NCBI GenBank assembly: GCA_031266805.1
Contig: JAISAH010000084.1
Coordinates: 4,952 to 68,951, forward strand
DNA from: Gracilibacteraceae bacterium
GTDB lineage: Bacteria; Bacillota; Desulfitobacteriia; Desulfitobacteriales; Syntrophobotulaceae
Reading direction: 5' to 3'
DNA: 64,000 bases
Shown here: positions 26,939 to 35,267 of the stretch, in pieces
How the letters are laid out: every line of letters starts with the position of its first letter
How positions within the stretch are numbered: the first letter of the stretch is position 1
Translations under genes and position numbers: made by a program
Notes under the pieces: model-generated
What the model was told of the DNA's origin: nothing
The model's database searches: none
Seen by the model: the letters and a program-made list of their open reading frames with translations, nothing else

Positions 26939-28897
26939 ATGAACCAGCCTGTCCGCACGAAGGAAGAGTGGGCGCGCCTGCATAGCCGGCCTGAGCGCTG
27001 GGGGATGTTGGGCGAAACGGTTCGGGCGGCCTGGGAGCGCAGCGCCGGTTACAATATAGATTTTATGAACGCGCTGCCGAAGAAATTGCCGGCGGCGAAT
27101 TATGAGCAGATCAAACGTCAGACCAAGCGGCTTTTTGTTTATGCCAACAGTGTTTTGGAGCCGTTGGCTCGAAGCGATTTGCTGGAAAATGTTGGCATCA
27201 TCCTGTTTGCTAATAACGGCGCCTTGTTGCGCCTGTACGGCGGCGAGCGTTTTTTGACTTGGGCGGCGGCCAGCCGGATTGAAGCGCGAACCAAGTGGGC
27301 GGAAGATCAGATCGGCGCGAATGTTTTTTCCGTCGGGATGCGTCAAGGCGCTTGCTTGCAGATGTCGGGCTTTGAGCATTACGCCGCTTTTCTCACCGGG
27401 GCCGCCTTTGTGTTCGCCCCGATGCGGCTGAACAACGGCGACATTATGTGCAGCATCGTATTGGCCGCGCCGGTAAAATACGCGAGCGAACTGTCGCCGG
27501 CTCTGGCGGTCTCTATCGTGCGCGGCATAGAACTGCAGCTGTTTTGGTTCACTCAGGTCGATAACACCGCCGACGCTGCCGAGGGTGTCGGCAACATTTC
27601 CCTGGATCAGTCCATCGGCGGCAACCGCATCCTGACTCTTAGCGAGGAAGTGAAAAAGATGCTGTCGCTGCCGCGGCGGGACTATTTTTACGAGGCGCTG
27701 GACGACGTCATCGAGCGAAGGCCGGAAAATAAACAGTTTTGGGATATCATCAACAACCGCGTGCGCGTGAATGAAAAAGCGGTCCAGCTGCTGCAGGGCG
27801 GCAAAAACGTTTTTTTCTATATGAGTACGGCGCCCTATAACGAAGAAGGGTTCCACATCAAGGGCATAAGCGTTTCCATGAATTCGCTCAAACATGTCGC
27901 CAAATTGGTGACGAGAGTCCACGGCGACGCCGCCAGCTACAGTTTTGACGACGTGGTGCATGAGTGCGAGGCGATGGCGGACGTGATCCGCAGCGCTAAA
28001 ATGGCGGCGGCCACGGACAGCAGCATCTTGCTGATGGGAGAAAGCGGAGTGGGAAAGGATGTCCTGGCCCAGGCCATCCACCGGGGCAGCAGGCGCGCCG
28101 CCAGACCGTTTGTGGCCATCAATTGCGCCTCGTTTTCCAAGGATCTGATCGCCAGCGAATTATTCGGCTACGAGCCGGGCGCTTTTACCGGCGCCCGCAA
28201 GGAAGGCAGTATCGGCAAATTTGAGCTGGCTAACACCGGCACGCTGTTTTTGGATGAAATCGGCGATATGCCGCTGGATTTGCAGGCGCTGCTGCTGCGG
28301 ATCCTGGAGGAGCGCAGTTTTCGCCGCGTGGGCGGCAATAATCTCATAGCGACCGATGTGCGCGTTATCACCGCGACCAATAAGAAGCTATGGGAATCCA
28401 TTGAAACCGGCATGTTTCGGGAGGATCTTTTTTACCGCCTGGGCGTCGCGCGCATTCAGATACCTCCTTTGCGCAGCAGAAACTCGGATATCGTCCTGCT
28501 GATCAATCACGCTTTGACCCGCATCTGCGCCCGGCTTGACAAACCGGCGGTCAGCATGGGGGAGGACGCGATCGCTTTTTGTAAGCGTTATACGTGGCCG
28601 GGCAATGTGCGGGAGCTGTTTAATCTTTTGGAAGGCATTATCAGCACCTCCGCCTCGGCGGTCATCAGCGAAGCGGAAATCAGGCGATACCTCGGCGCCG
28701 GTGATTTTGCGGCCGCCGCGCCGCCGCGCTCTTTCCCGCCGGAACGGGAAGATGAGGCGCCCACGCTCTATGACGAGAGACGGGATTTCGCTCAGATGCT
28801 GAAATTATGCCGCAATAATAAGACAAAGGCGGCGCGGAATTTGGGAGTGCCGCTCAGGACGTTTTACCGTAAACTGAAACGATACGGCATGATGTAG
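26939..28897 (+). CDS. Sigma-54-dependent enhancer-binding protein with AcoR/GAF-like sensor domain
   Basis: AAA+ core GESGVGKDVLAQAIH, GAFTGA motif (ELFGYEPGAFTGA), FLDEIGDMPLDLQALLLRILEE. C-terminal Fis-type HTH (NKTKAARNLGVPLRTFYRKLKRYG). No receiver domain. Confidence 0.92.
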   Translation: MNQPVRTKEEWARLHSRPERWGMLGETVRAAWERSAGYNIDFMNALPKKLPAANYEQIKRQTKRLFVYANSVLEPLARSDLLENVGIILFANNGALLRLYGGERFLTWAAASRIEARTKWAEDQIGANVFSVGMRQGACLQMSGFEHYAAFLTGAAFVFAPMRLNNGDIMCSIVLAAPVKYASELSPALAVSIVRGIELQLFWFTQVDNTADAAEGVGNISLDQSIGGNRILTLSEEVKKMLSLPRRDYFYEALDDVIERRPENKQFWDIINNRVRVNEKAVQLLQGGKNVFFYMSTAPYNEEGFHIKGISVSMNSLKHVAKLVTRVHGDAASYSFDDVVHECEAMADVIRSAKMAAATDSSILLMGESGVGKDVLAQAIHRGSRRAARPFVAINCASFSKDLIASELFGYEPGAFTGARKEGSIGKFELANTGTLFLDEIGDMPLDLQALLLRILEERSFRRVGGNNLIATDVRVITATNKKLWESIETGMFREDLFYRLGVARIQIPPLRSRNSDIVLLINHALTRICARLDKPAVSMGEDAIAFCKRYTWPGNVRELFNLLEGIISTSASAVISEAEIRRYLGAGDFAAAAPPRSFPPEREDEAPTLYDERRDFAQMLKLCRNNKTKAARNLGVPLRTFYRKLKRYGMM

Positions 28898-28927
28898 CAA
28901 GCAGGGCCGTTTGAGTCCTAGGCGCTT

Positions 28928-28945
28928 CGCCGCCTGAGCCAATAC
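28928..28945. repeat. Dispersed repeat family 2, copy A (CGCCGCCTGAGCCAATAC)
   Basis: The identical 18-mer recurs at 58960-58977. A GGGACG...CGTCCC hairpin follows. Confidence 0.6.
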
Positions 28946-28990
28946 ACGGGACGTCGAGGACGCCGTCCCTTACGAATACGGGTCTTTCGC

Positions 28991-29046
28991 GGCGCGTTAT
29001 GGCACTATATGGCGCGTTATGGCATGATATTGGCGTGAAATGGCAC
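28991..29046 (+). promoter_or_regulatory. Three direct repeats GGCG(C/T)G(T/A)(T/A)ATGGCA(C/T) at 20-21 bp phasing; candidate enhancer (UAS) for the EBP
   Basis: Copies at 28991-29005, 29011-29025 and 29032-29046, lying 80-135 bp upstream of the -24/-12 promoter. Confidence 0.4.
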
Positions 29047-29125
29047 GGTGTGTTTGTCCTGAGTGTCGTCCGGGGGAAACCTTTGCCTGCGGAGCAGGGG
29101 GCTTTTGAGCGGTGTTTCACAATGT

Positions 29126-29141
29126 TGGCATGAGAATTGCA
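29126..29141 (+). promoter_or_regulatory. Sigma-54 (-24/-12) promoter
   Basis: TGGCAT-GAGAA-TTGCA matches the TGGCAC-N5-TTGCA consensus. It is 85 nt before the first operon gene and directly downstream of an EBP gene. Confidence 0.72.
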
Positions 29142-29225
29142 ATTACTGCAATATCAAAGGGAAAAGTTTCTAGAAAGAATTTTCGCAATTTTCACAAATA
29201 TGACTGAAGCGGAAAGGACGATAAT

Positions 29226-30017
29226 ATGATCACAGTGGGAATCGACAGCGGCAGTCAAAATATAAAAGCGGTGGCGCTGCAGGACGGCGCGGTCGTCGCC
29301 AGAGCCAAGATCCTGGCGGAATTTGACGCGGTGAAAGCGGCGGAAGCGGTTTACGAACTGGTCTTGCGGCAGGCGGGCCTGACTGAGAGCGATGTGGAGG
29401 CGGTGGCGGCGACCGGAGCGGGACGCGCCCTTGTGCCGTTTGCCGTTTTATGTATCAACGAAGTCAGTTCCGCCTCCAAAGGGGCGCGCATGGTCAGGCC
29501 CGGCGCGGAGGTGGTGATCGACCTTGGGGCGGAGAGCAGCCGCGCCATCCGCCTCCAGCCGGACGGCAAGGTCAAAAAATACGAGATCAACGATAAATGC
29601 GCTTCCGGCGCCGGGACGTTCATCGAAACGATGGCCCGCGCCCTGCAGATGGAAATCGAGGACATGGGGCCTTATTCGCTCCGGCATACGCGGGAAGTGC
29701 CCATGAACGCTCAATGCGTCGTTTTCGCGGAATCGGAAGTCGTCTCGCTGATCCATCAGCAAGAGTCCAAGGAAAATATCGCCTACGCCATCCATATGGG
29801 CATCGCCAACCGGGTCGGCGCGCTGTTCCGCCGTCTGGGACTCTCTGACGAACTGGTCCTGATCGGCGGCCCGGCCCTCAATGTGGGTCTGGTCGAATGT
29901 ATGGGCAAGGAATCGGGCCGGAAAATATTCGTGCCCGAGTATCCGGATTTTATCAGCGCTATGGCCGCGGCCGCGGCGGCGGCCGAAAACGCGCGGGGAG
30001 GTGTCGCCGGTGGCTGA
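29226..30017 (+). CDS. BcrAD/BadFG/HgdC-family ATPase (electron-activating component), subunit 1
   Basis: 263 aa: MITVGIDSGSQNIKAV...NDKCASGAGTFIE.... ASKHA fold with cluster-bridging Cys context. Confidence 0.87.
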   Translation: MITVGIDSGSQNIKAVALQDGAVVARAKILAEFDAVKAAEAVYELVLRQAGLTESDVEAVAATGAGRALVPFAVLCINEVSSASKGARMVRPGAEVVIDLGAESSRAIRLQPDGKVKKYEINDKCASGAGTFIETMARALQMEIEDMGPYSLRHTREVPMNAQCVVFAESEVVSLIHQQESKENIAYAIHMGIANRVGALFRRLGLSDELVLIGGPALNVGLVECMGKESGRKIFVPEYPDFISAMAAAAAAAENARGGVAGG

Positions 30018-30921
30018 CGGGCATATCGAGAAAGTAGAATATTGGCGCTGGGAGGAATCTCGGTGGAAAAATCCGGAAATCCCGGACTGGCGCGGCTCTT
30101 TGGTGACGGCGGGCGTAGATATAGGTTCCACCAGCACTCAGGCCGCGATCATGACGGACGGCCAGCTTTACGCTTACGCCAGCATCCGGACGGGTTCCAA
30201 TAGCCCCTCGTCCGCCGTGGACGCCATGAACTGGGCGCTGGAGGGCACGGAGCTGACGCCGGCAGATTTGCACTATACGGTGGGCACGGGCTACGGACGG
30301 GTCAACGTGCCTTTTGCCGACAGCACCGTGACCGAGATCACCTGCCACGCCAAAGGGGCCAACTATATCTACGGGCCGACGGTGCGGACGCTGCTGGATA
30401 TGGGCGGGCAGGACTGCAAGGCCATCCACTGTGACGAAAACGGCGCCGTTACCTCGTTCATGATGAATGACAAATGTGCCGCCGGCACCGGGCGCGGCAT
30501 GGAGGTCATCGCCAATCTGCTGGCCGTCCACGTGGAGGATATCGGGGAGATGTCTTTCCGCATCGACGCCGAGCCGCCGCCGGTGTCCAGCATCTGCGTG
30601 ATTTTCGCCAAAACGGAGGCCACCAACCTGATGCGTTCGGGCTGGTCCAAGGAAAAAGTGCTGGCCGCTTACTGTCACGCGATGGCGCTGCGCGTCGCGC
30701 GTCTGCTGGAGAGAAACGAAATGCAGCTGGATTTTGCCATCACCGGCGGCATCGCCAAAAACAGCGGCGTGGTGAAGCGCATCGAGCGGCTGATCGGCGC
30801 GGAGGCGCTGCGGACCGATTACGACGCGCAGATTGCCGGCGCTCTGGGCGCGGCGCTGATGGGGAAAGCGCTGCACGAAAAAAAGGGCGGTAAGTCCGGG
30901 CGACGAAGGGAGGGCGGCTGA
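30010..30921 (+). CDS. BcrAD/BadFG/HgdC-family ATPase, subunit 2 (distinct paralog with an N-terminal extension of about 35 aa)
   Basis: ...LVTAGVDIGSTSTQAAI...NDKCAAGTGRGMEV...ITGGIAKN. The GTG at 30010 follows GGAGG and overlaps the upstream stop. The exact start is uncertain; 30001 is an alternative. Confidence 0.8.
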   Translation: MADGHIEKVEYWRWEESRWKNPEIPDWRGSLVTAGVDIGSTSTQAAIMTDGQLYAYASIRTGSNSPSSAVDAMNWALEGTELTPADLHYTVGTGYGRVNVPFADSTVTEITCHAKGANYIYGPTVRTLLDMGGQDCKAIHCDENGAVTSFMMNDKCAAGTGRGMEVIANLLAVHVEDIGEMSFRIDAEPPPVSSICVIFAKTEATNLMRSGWSKEKVLAAYCHAMALRVARLLERNEMQLDFAITGGIAKNSGVVKRIERLIGAEALRTDYDAQIAGALGAALMGKALHEKKGGKSGRRREGG

Positions 30922-30923
30922 AG

Positions 30924-31208
30924 ATGATCGCCAATTACGGCTGCGAAGACGGTTCCGGAGTATATTATATCCGGATCGACACGGGAAAATGCGGGGATTG
31001 CCAGCTCCGCGGCTGCGTGGGCGGATGTCCGCGGGAGCTGTTTGTGATAGAGGAGGATGATTGGGGCGACGAGATGGCCGTCGTGCGGGAAGACAGGCGC
31101 CGGACCCTGCAAGCCGCCTGCGCGGCCTGCAAACCCCAGGATCGCCCGCCGGACCCTTTGCCTTGCCAGAGCGCCTGCGGCAGACAGGCGATCGAACACA
31201 GCTGGTAA
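30924..31208 (+). CDS. Small ferredoxin-like Cys-rich protein
   Basis: 94 aa with C-x2-C-x4-C-x3-CP, then CAAC-x11-C-x3-C. Plausibly a 2x[4Fe-4S]-type protein with non-canonical spacing. Confidence 0.55.
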   Translation: MIANYGCEDGSGVYYIRIDTGKCGDCQLRGCVGGCPRELFVIEEDDWGDEMAVVREDRRRTLQAACAACKPQDRPPDPLPCQSACGRQAIEHSW

Positions 31209-31269
31209 ATAGTGGATATCTAAATACTCAGTGAGTTTTAGAGACATCCCAAGTGAGGAGGATATCAAA

Positions 31270-32058
31270 ATGGACATGAAGACGGAGTACCGGAGCATCA
31301 AGTATGAGACGGCTGACCGCGTCGCCACGGTCACTATGTGCGTTCCGGAAAAGATGAACGCTCTGGACGCGAGACTGGGGGAAGAACTGGCGTCGGCGCT
31401 GGCGCGGGCCAAAGCGGACGCCGCGGTCAAAGTCGTCGTGCTGACTGGGATGGGGAACGCTTTTTGCGCCGGCGGCGACTTGACGGGTTTTCCGGCGCTG
31501 GATCTCCAGACCGCCGCCGAAGGCATCCGTGATTCGGCCCGGTCGCTGGTCGGCGCTTTTACCAAATTGCCGAAACCGATCATCGCCGCGGTCAACGGTT
31601 TTGCCGTGGGGGCGGGATTGTCTCTGGCCCTGATCAGTGACATCGTGCTGGCTTCGGACAAGGCTGTGTTCGGCGCCGCTTTTGTCAATGTGGGCCTGAT
31701 CCCGGACATCGGCTCGCTCTTTTATCTGCCGCGGCTGATCGGGCTGCCCAGAGCGAAAGAACTGGCTTTTACCGGGCGCAATCTCAGCGCGCAGGAAGCT
31801 CTGACGATGGGCATCGTCAACCGGGTGACGGAAAACGACGCGCTGGCGGCGGAGGCGGCGAAACTGGCCGGGAAACTGGCGAGGCAGCCGGCCCTGGCGA
31901 TGGCGCAGGCCAAAGCGCTGCTCCACGCCAGTCTGGAGATCGGCGTCGACGAACTCATCGAGCTGGAGGGCATGGCCCAGGGGATCTGTATGCAGTCGGA
32001 AGATTCCCGTGAAGGCGTCGACGCGTTTTTGCACAAAAGGAAACCAAATTTTAAATAA
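31270..32058 (+). CDS. Enoyl-CoA hydratase/isomerase (crotonase) family protein
   Basis: ...VVVLTGMGNAFCAGGDL...PIIAAVNGFAVGAGLSLAL.SDI.... GAGGAGG lies 8 nt before the ATG at 31270. Confidence 0.88.
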   Translation: MDMKTEYRSIKYETADRVATVTMCVPEKMNALDARLGEELASALARAKADAAVKVVVLTGMGNAFCAGGDLTGFPALDLQTAAEGIRDSARSLVGAFTKLPKPIIAAVNGFAVGAGLSLALISDIVLASDKAVFGAAFVNVGLIPDIGSLFYLPRLIGLPRAKELAFTGRNLSAQEALTMGIVNRVTENDALAAEAAKLAGKLARQPALAMAQAKALLHASLEIGVDELIELEGMAQGICMQSEDSREGVDAFLHKRKPNFK

Positions 32059-32072
32059 CCGGGAGGGCACAA

Positions 32073-33212
32073 ATGAGTACGGAAACATTGTTTGAAAAAG
32101 CCGAACTGCGAAATTCCTCCGTGAAGGCCTGGAAAGAGCAGGGCAAAAAAATCATCGGCACGGTCTGCTGTCATGTGCCGGAGGAGATACTGCACGCCGC
32201 CGGCGCGATGCCTTATCGCCTGCGGGCCACGGGAGTCACGGATCTGAGCGAAGGCGACACATGGATGTCCACTTTTACCTGCAGCTACGCCCGCGGGACT
32301 CTGCAGTATCTGATCGACGGAACATTCGACTTCATGGACGGCGTGATTTCTTCGGACGGCTGCCTGATGGCCGGGCGTATTTTCGATAATTGGAAATATG
32401 TGGATGGCAACGCGGAGAAAAAGGAATTCTATTTGAAACAGATCGCGGCCCCGCGCATGAATAACGAAAACGCCGTCAGATATTACCGCGACTATCTGGA
32501 CCAGATGCGGACCGAACTGGGCGCTTATATGGGCGTGGAGATCACCGATGAGAAGATCCGGGCCTCCGTCGCCCTTTACAACGAGACCCGCCGGCTGATC
32601 CGCGCCCTGTACGATCTGAGCAAAAGCGACGCTCCCGTCGTCAGCGGGACCGAGCGCCTGAAACTCATCCTAGCCGCGTCCTCAATGCCCAAGGAAGAAT
32701 ACAATGAGATGCTGAAAGACTTTTTGGCAAGGGCCGGGAGCAGAGCCCCGATCAAGAACTATCGCGCCCGGATCATGCTCGTCGGCAGCGCGCTGGACGA
32801 CCCGGAGTATATCAAAGTCATCGAGGATAAGGGCGGTCTGGTGGTCACTGACGCCCTGTGTTTCGGCACCCGCTATCTCTGGGAGCCGGTCGAGCTGGAA
32901 GGCGGCGACGTCCTGACCTCCATTGCCGCTTCTTACCTGAAACGCCCCGTATGTCCGCGGATGGTGGATCTGCACGACGAGTTCGGGGATCTGATAGTTA
33001 ATTTTTGCCAGGATTTCAAAGTGGACGGCATCATCTACGAGCGCGTCAAATACTGTGAGATCTGGGGCGGCGAGGGTCTGTATTTCGGCGAGCACAAGGG
33101 CATGAAGGAAGCGGACGTCCCGCTGATCTTGCTGGAGCGCGAGGAGATCATGACCAATATCGGCCAGCTGGCCGTGCGCGCCGAAGCGTTTATCGAAATG
33201 ATCGAGAAATAA
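32073..33212 (+). CDS. HGD-D family subunit (BcrC/BzdN or HgdB/HadC-like)
   Basis: 379 aa: ...KIIGTVCCHVPEEILHAAGAMPYRL...; conserved Cys at VCCH, FTCSY, DGCLM and PVCPRM. Confidence 0.85.
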   Translation: MSTETLFEKAELRNSSVKAWKEQGKKIIGTVCCHVPEEILHAAGAMPYRLRATGVTDLSEGDTWMSTFTCSYARGTLQYLIDGTFDFMDGVISSDGCLMAGRIFDNWKYVDGNAEKKEFYLKQIAAPRMNNENAVRYYRDYLDQMRTELGAYMGVEITDEKIRASVALYNETRRLIRALYDLSKSDAPVVSGTERLKLILAASSMPKEEYNEMLKDFLARAGSRAPIKNYRARIMLVGSALDDPEYIKVIEDKGGLVVTDALCFGTRYLWEPVELEGGDVLTSIAASYLKRPVCPRMVDLHDEFGDLIVNFCQDFKVDGIIYERVKYCEIWGGEGLYFGEHKGMKEADVPLILLEREEIMTNIGQLAVRAEAFIEMIEK

Positions 33213-33236
33213 CCGAGTAAACTAGGAGGAAAAACC

Positions 33237-34490
33237 ATGAGCAATTTGATTGGGACTATTTCGCGTCAAGTTGACAGCGTCATCGAACACGCCAAGGAAA
33301 AATACGCGGATCAGATGTGGATGTTCGATGTGCAGAAAGCGTCCTGGGACGCCGTTTACCACGCCCATGACGAGGGCAAACGCCTGATCTATGTCGGCGC
33401 CTGCGCCCCGGTCGAACTGATTTACGCCTTTGACTGCGTGCCGTTCGTGCTGGACATGATCCCCACCCGTCTGGCCTCCACGCCGGAAGTAGCCGCCCGG
33501 TATATCGATCTGGCGGAGAAATATATCGCGCCGACGATGTGCGGCATCGATAAAGTGGATATCGGCGCCATCCTCTCCGGGGACATGCCGGACAAACCGG
33601 ACGCTTTTATCTATTCCACCGTTCCCTGCGACAACTCCCGCGTGGCCTACCCCTTCATCTGCGATCGGCTGGGATGTCCGTCCTATTGCATCGACGTCCC
33701 TTTCCGCAAAAACGAAATGGGTTTTGACTATATGGCCAGGCAGTATAAGGAAATCATCGTCTTCCTGGAAAAACTGACCGGCAAGAAGCTGGACTGGGAT
33801 AAGTTCCAGGAGATCATGACGATTTCCAACCAGACAAACGATCTGATGAACAAGATCGCCGACCTGCGCAGGATCACGCCCTGCCCGCTGCCGGGGCGCC
33901 TCTTGGTCCTGAATGAGATGATCCCGGGCATGGTGGGGCATCCGGCTATGCTTTCCTATCTGGAAGCGCAGTACGCCATCGGTCAGGACGCGGTCGCCAA
34001 AGGCCTGGGCGCGGTCAAAGAGGAAAAATACCGCGTATCCTGGCTGCAAAACATGCTGTGGTCCAACGTGGGCATCCTCGACTGGATGGAGCGGAAGTTC
34101 GGGGCGGTCCTGGTCATGGACGCCTTTGGCTATCAGCGCGGGCATGTTTTCCGGGATATAGACGATCTGGACACGATCTGCGTCGATTTTGCCAAAAAAG
34201 GGCTGGCCCTGCCCATGATCCATGGCGCCTCCGGCCCGGTCGAGGACTATATCGATCTGGTGGAAAACACGATGGGCGACTACAATGTCAGCGTATCCAT
34301 GTTCATCGGCCACGTGGGCTGCAAACACACCTGGGCCGCCGCCAAGATCATCACGGACATGATCCAGGAAAAATTCGGTCTGCCGACTTTATATCTGGAT
34401 GTGGACGCCGTGGACGGACGTTACAAGAAGACGGATGAGATCAGGGCCCTTATCACCGAATATATGGAAACAATAGAAGAAAATAAGTGA
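33237..34490 (+). CDS. HGD-D family subunit (BcrB/BzdO or HgdA/HadB-like)
   Basis: 417 aa: ...LIYVGACAPVELIYAFDCVPFVLD...TMCGIDK...VPCDNS.... Paralog of the previous gene. Confidence 0.85.
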   Translation: MSNLIGTISRQVDSVIEHAKEKYADQMWMFDVQKASWDAVYHAHDEGKRLIYVGACAPVELIYAFDCVPFVLDMIPTRLASTPEVAARYIDLAEKYIAPTMCGIDKVDIGAILSGDMPDKPDAFIYSTVPCDNSRVAYPFICDRLGCPSYCIDVPFRKNEMGFDYMARQYKEIIVFLEKLTGKKLDWDKFQEIMTISNQTNDLMNKIADLRRITPCPLPGRLLVLNEMIPGMVGHPAMLSYLEAQYAIGQDAVAKGLGAVKEEKYRVSWLQNMLWSNVGILDWMERKFGAVLVMDAFGYQRGHVFRDIDDLDTICVDFAKKGLALPMIHGASGPVEDYIDLVENTMGDYNVSVSMFIGHVGCKHTWAAAKIITDMIQEKFGLPTLYLDVDAVDGRYKKTDEIRALITEYMETIEENK

Positions 34491-34497
34491 GAGACGT

Positions 34498-35253
34498 ATG
34501 GACAGAGTAAGATCAATAGCGGTGACCGGTAAAGGCGGTACGGGAAAAACCGTGCTGGCGACTTTGCTGATCAGGCTGCTGGCGGAGCGTTTTCCGGGCC
34601 GGGTGCTGGCCATAGACGCCGATTCGGCCATGAGCCTGCCTTATACCTTGGGACTGGAGCTAAAGGGTACGGTGAGCGAGGTCCGGAAGAACATCATCGG
34701 TTCCCGCGAAGCCAAGGAAAAACTAAATGATGGCCCGACCAAGTCCGTGATGCGCGGTATACTCACCAGCGGCGGCGGGTTTGACCTGCTGGTCATGGGC
34801 CGGCCGGAGGAACCCGGTTGTTTCTGCGCCGTGAACGAATTGCTGCGCTATGGGATAGATACGCTGATCACGGACTACGAAGCGGTGGTGATCGACGGGG
34901 AAGCGGGACCGGAGCAGCTGAACCGGCGCGTTCTGAAAAGCATCGACGTCCTGCTGGTGGCGGCGGATATGTCGGCGCGCAGTCTGGAGACGGCGGCCGG
35001 CATCATCCGGGTGGCGAACAGCTATGAAGACGGTCTGCGCGTGGGGCGAGCCGGGCTGATCCTCAACCGGGTGAGGGGCGACCGGCCGGCGGAGGAGGTT
35101 TTGCGGCGGATCGGATTGGAAATTTTTGGAACTTTGCCGGAGGATGATCTGCTGAACGAGTATGACAGGGAAGGTCGCTCGCTCCTGGAACTGCCGCTGG
35201 ATTCGCCCTGTCCGCTGGCGGCGCGGGAGATACTCGACCGGATATATGAATGA
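34498..35253 (+). CDS. CooC/AcsF-type MinD-family metallochaperone ATPase with CxC motif
   Basis: Deviant Walker A GKGGTGKT, the CooC metal-binding CxC in GCFCAVNE, and EAGPEQL (CooC GAGIEHL equivalent). 251 aa. Confidence 0.8.
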   Translation: MDRVRSIAVTGKGGTGKTVLATLLIRLLAERFPGRVLAIDADSAMSLPYTLGLELKGTVSEVRKNIIGSREAKEKLNDGPTKSVMRGILTSGGGFDLLVMGRPEEPGCFCAVNELLRYGIDTLITDYEAVVIDGEAGPEQLNRRVLKSIDVLLVAADMSARSLETAAGIIRVANSYEDGLRVGRAGLILNRVRGDRPAEEVLRRIGLEIFGTLPEDDLLNEYDREGRSLLELPLDSPCPLAAREILDRIYE

Positions 35254-35267
35254 AGGAGGAATGTATT

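Noticed and set aside
29226-34490. Annotating the locus as a benzoate-degrading benzoyl-CoA reductase (bcr/bzd) cluster
   Set aside because: The pathway partners needed after dearomatisation (6-hydroxycyclohex-1-ene-1-carbonyl-CoA dehydrogenase, the ring-opening hydrolase) are absent. The context instead resembles fermentative 2-hydroxyacyl-CoA pathways. Subunit sizes cannot discriminate between the two, so only the family level is claimed.
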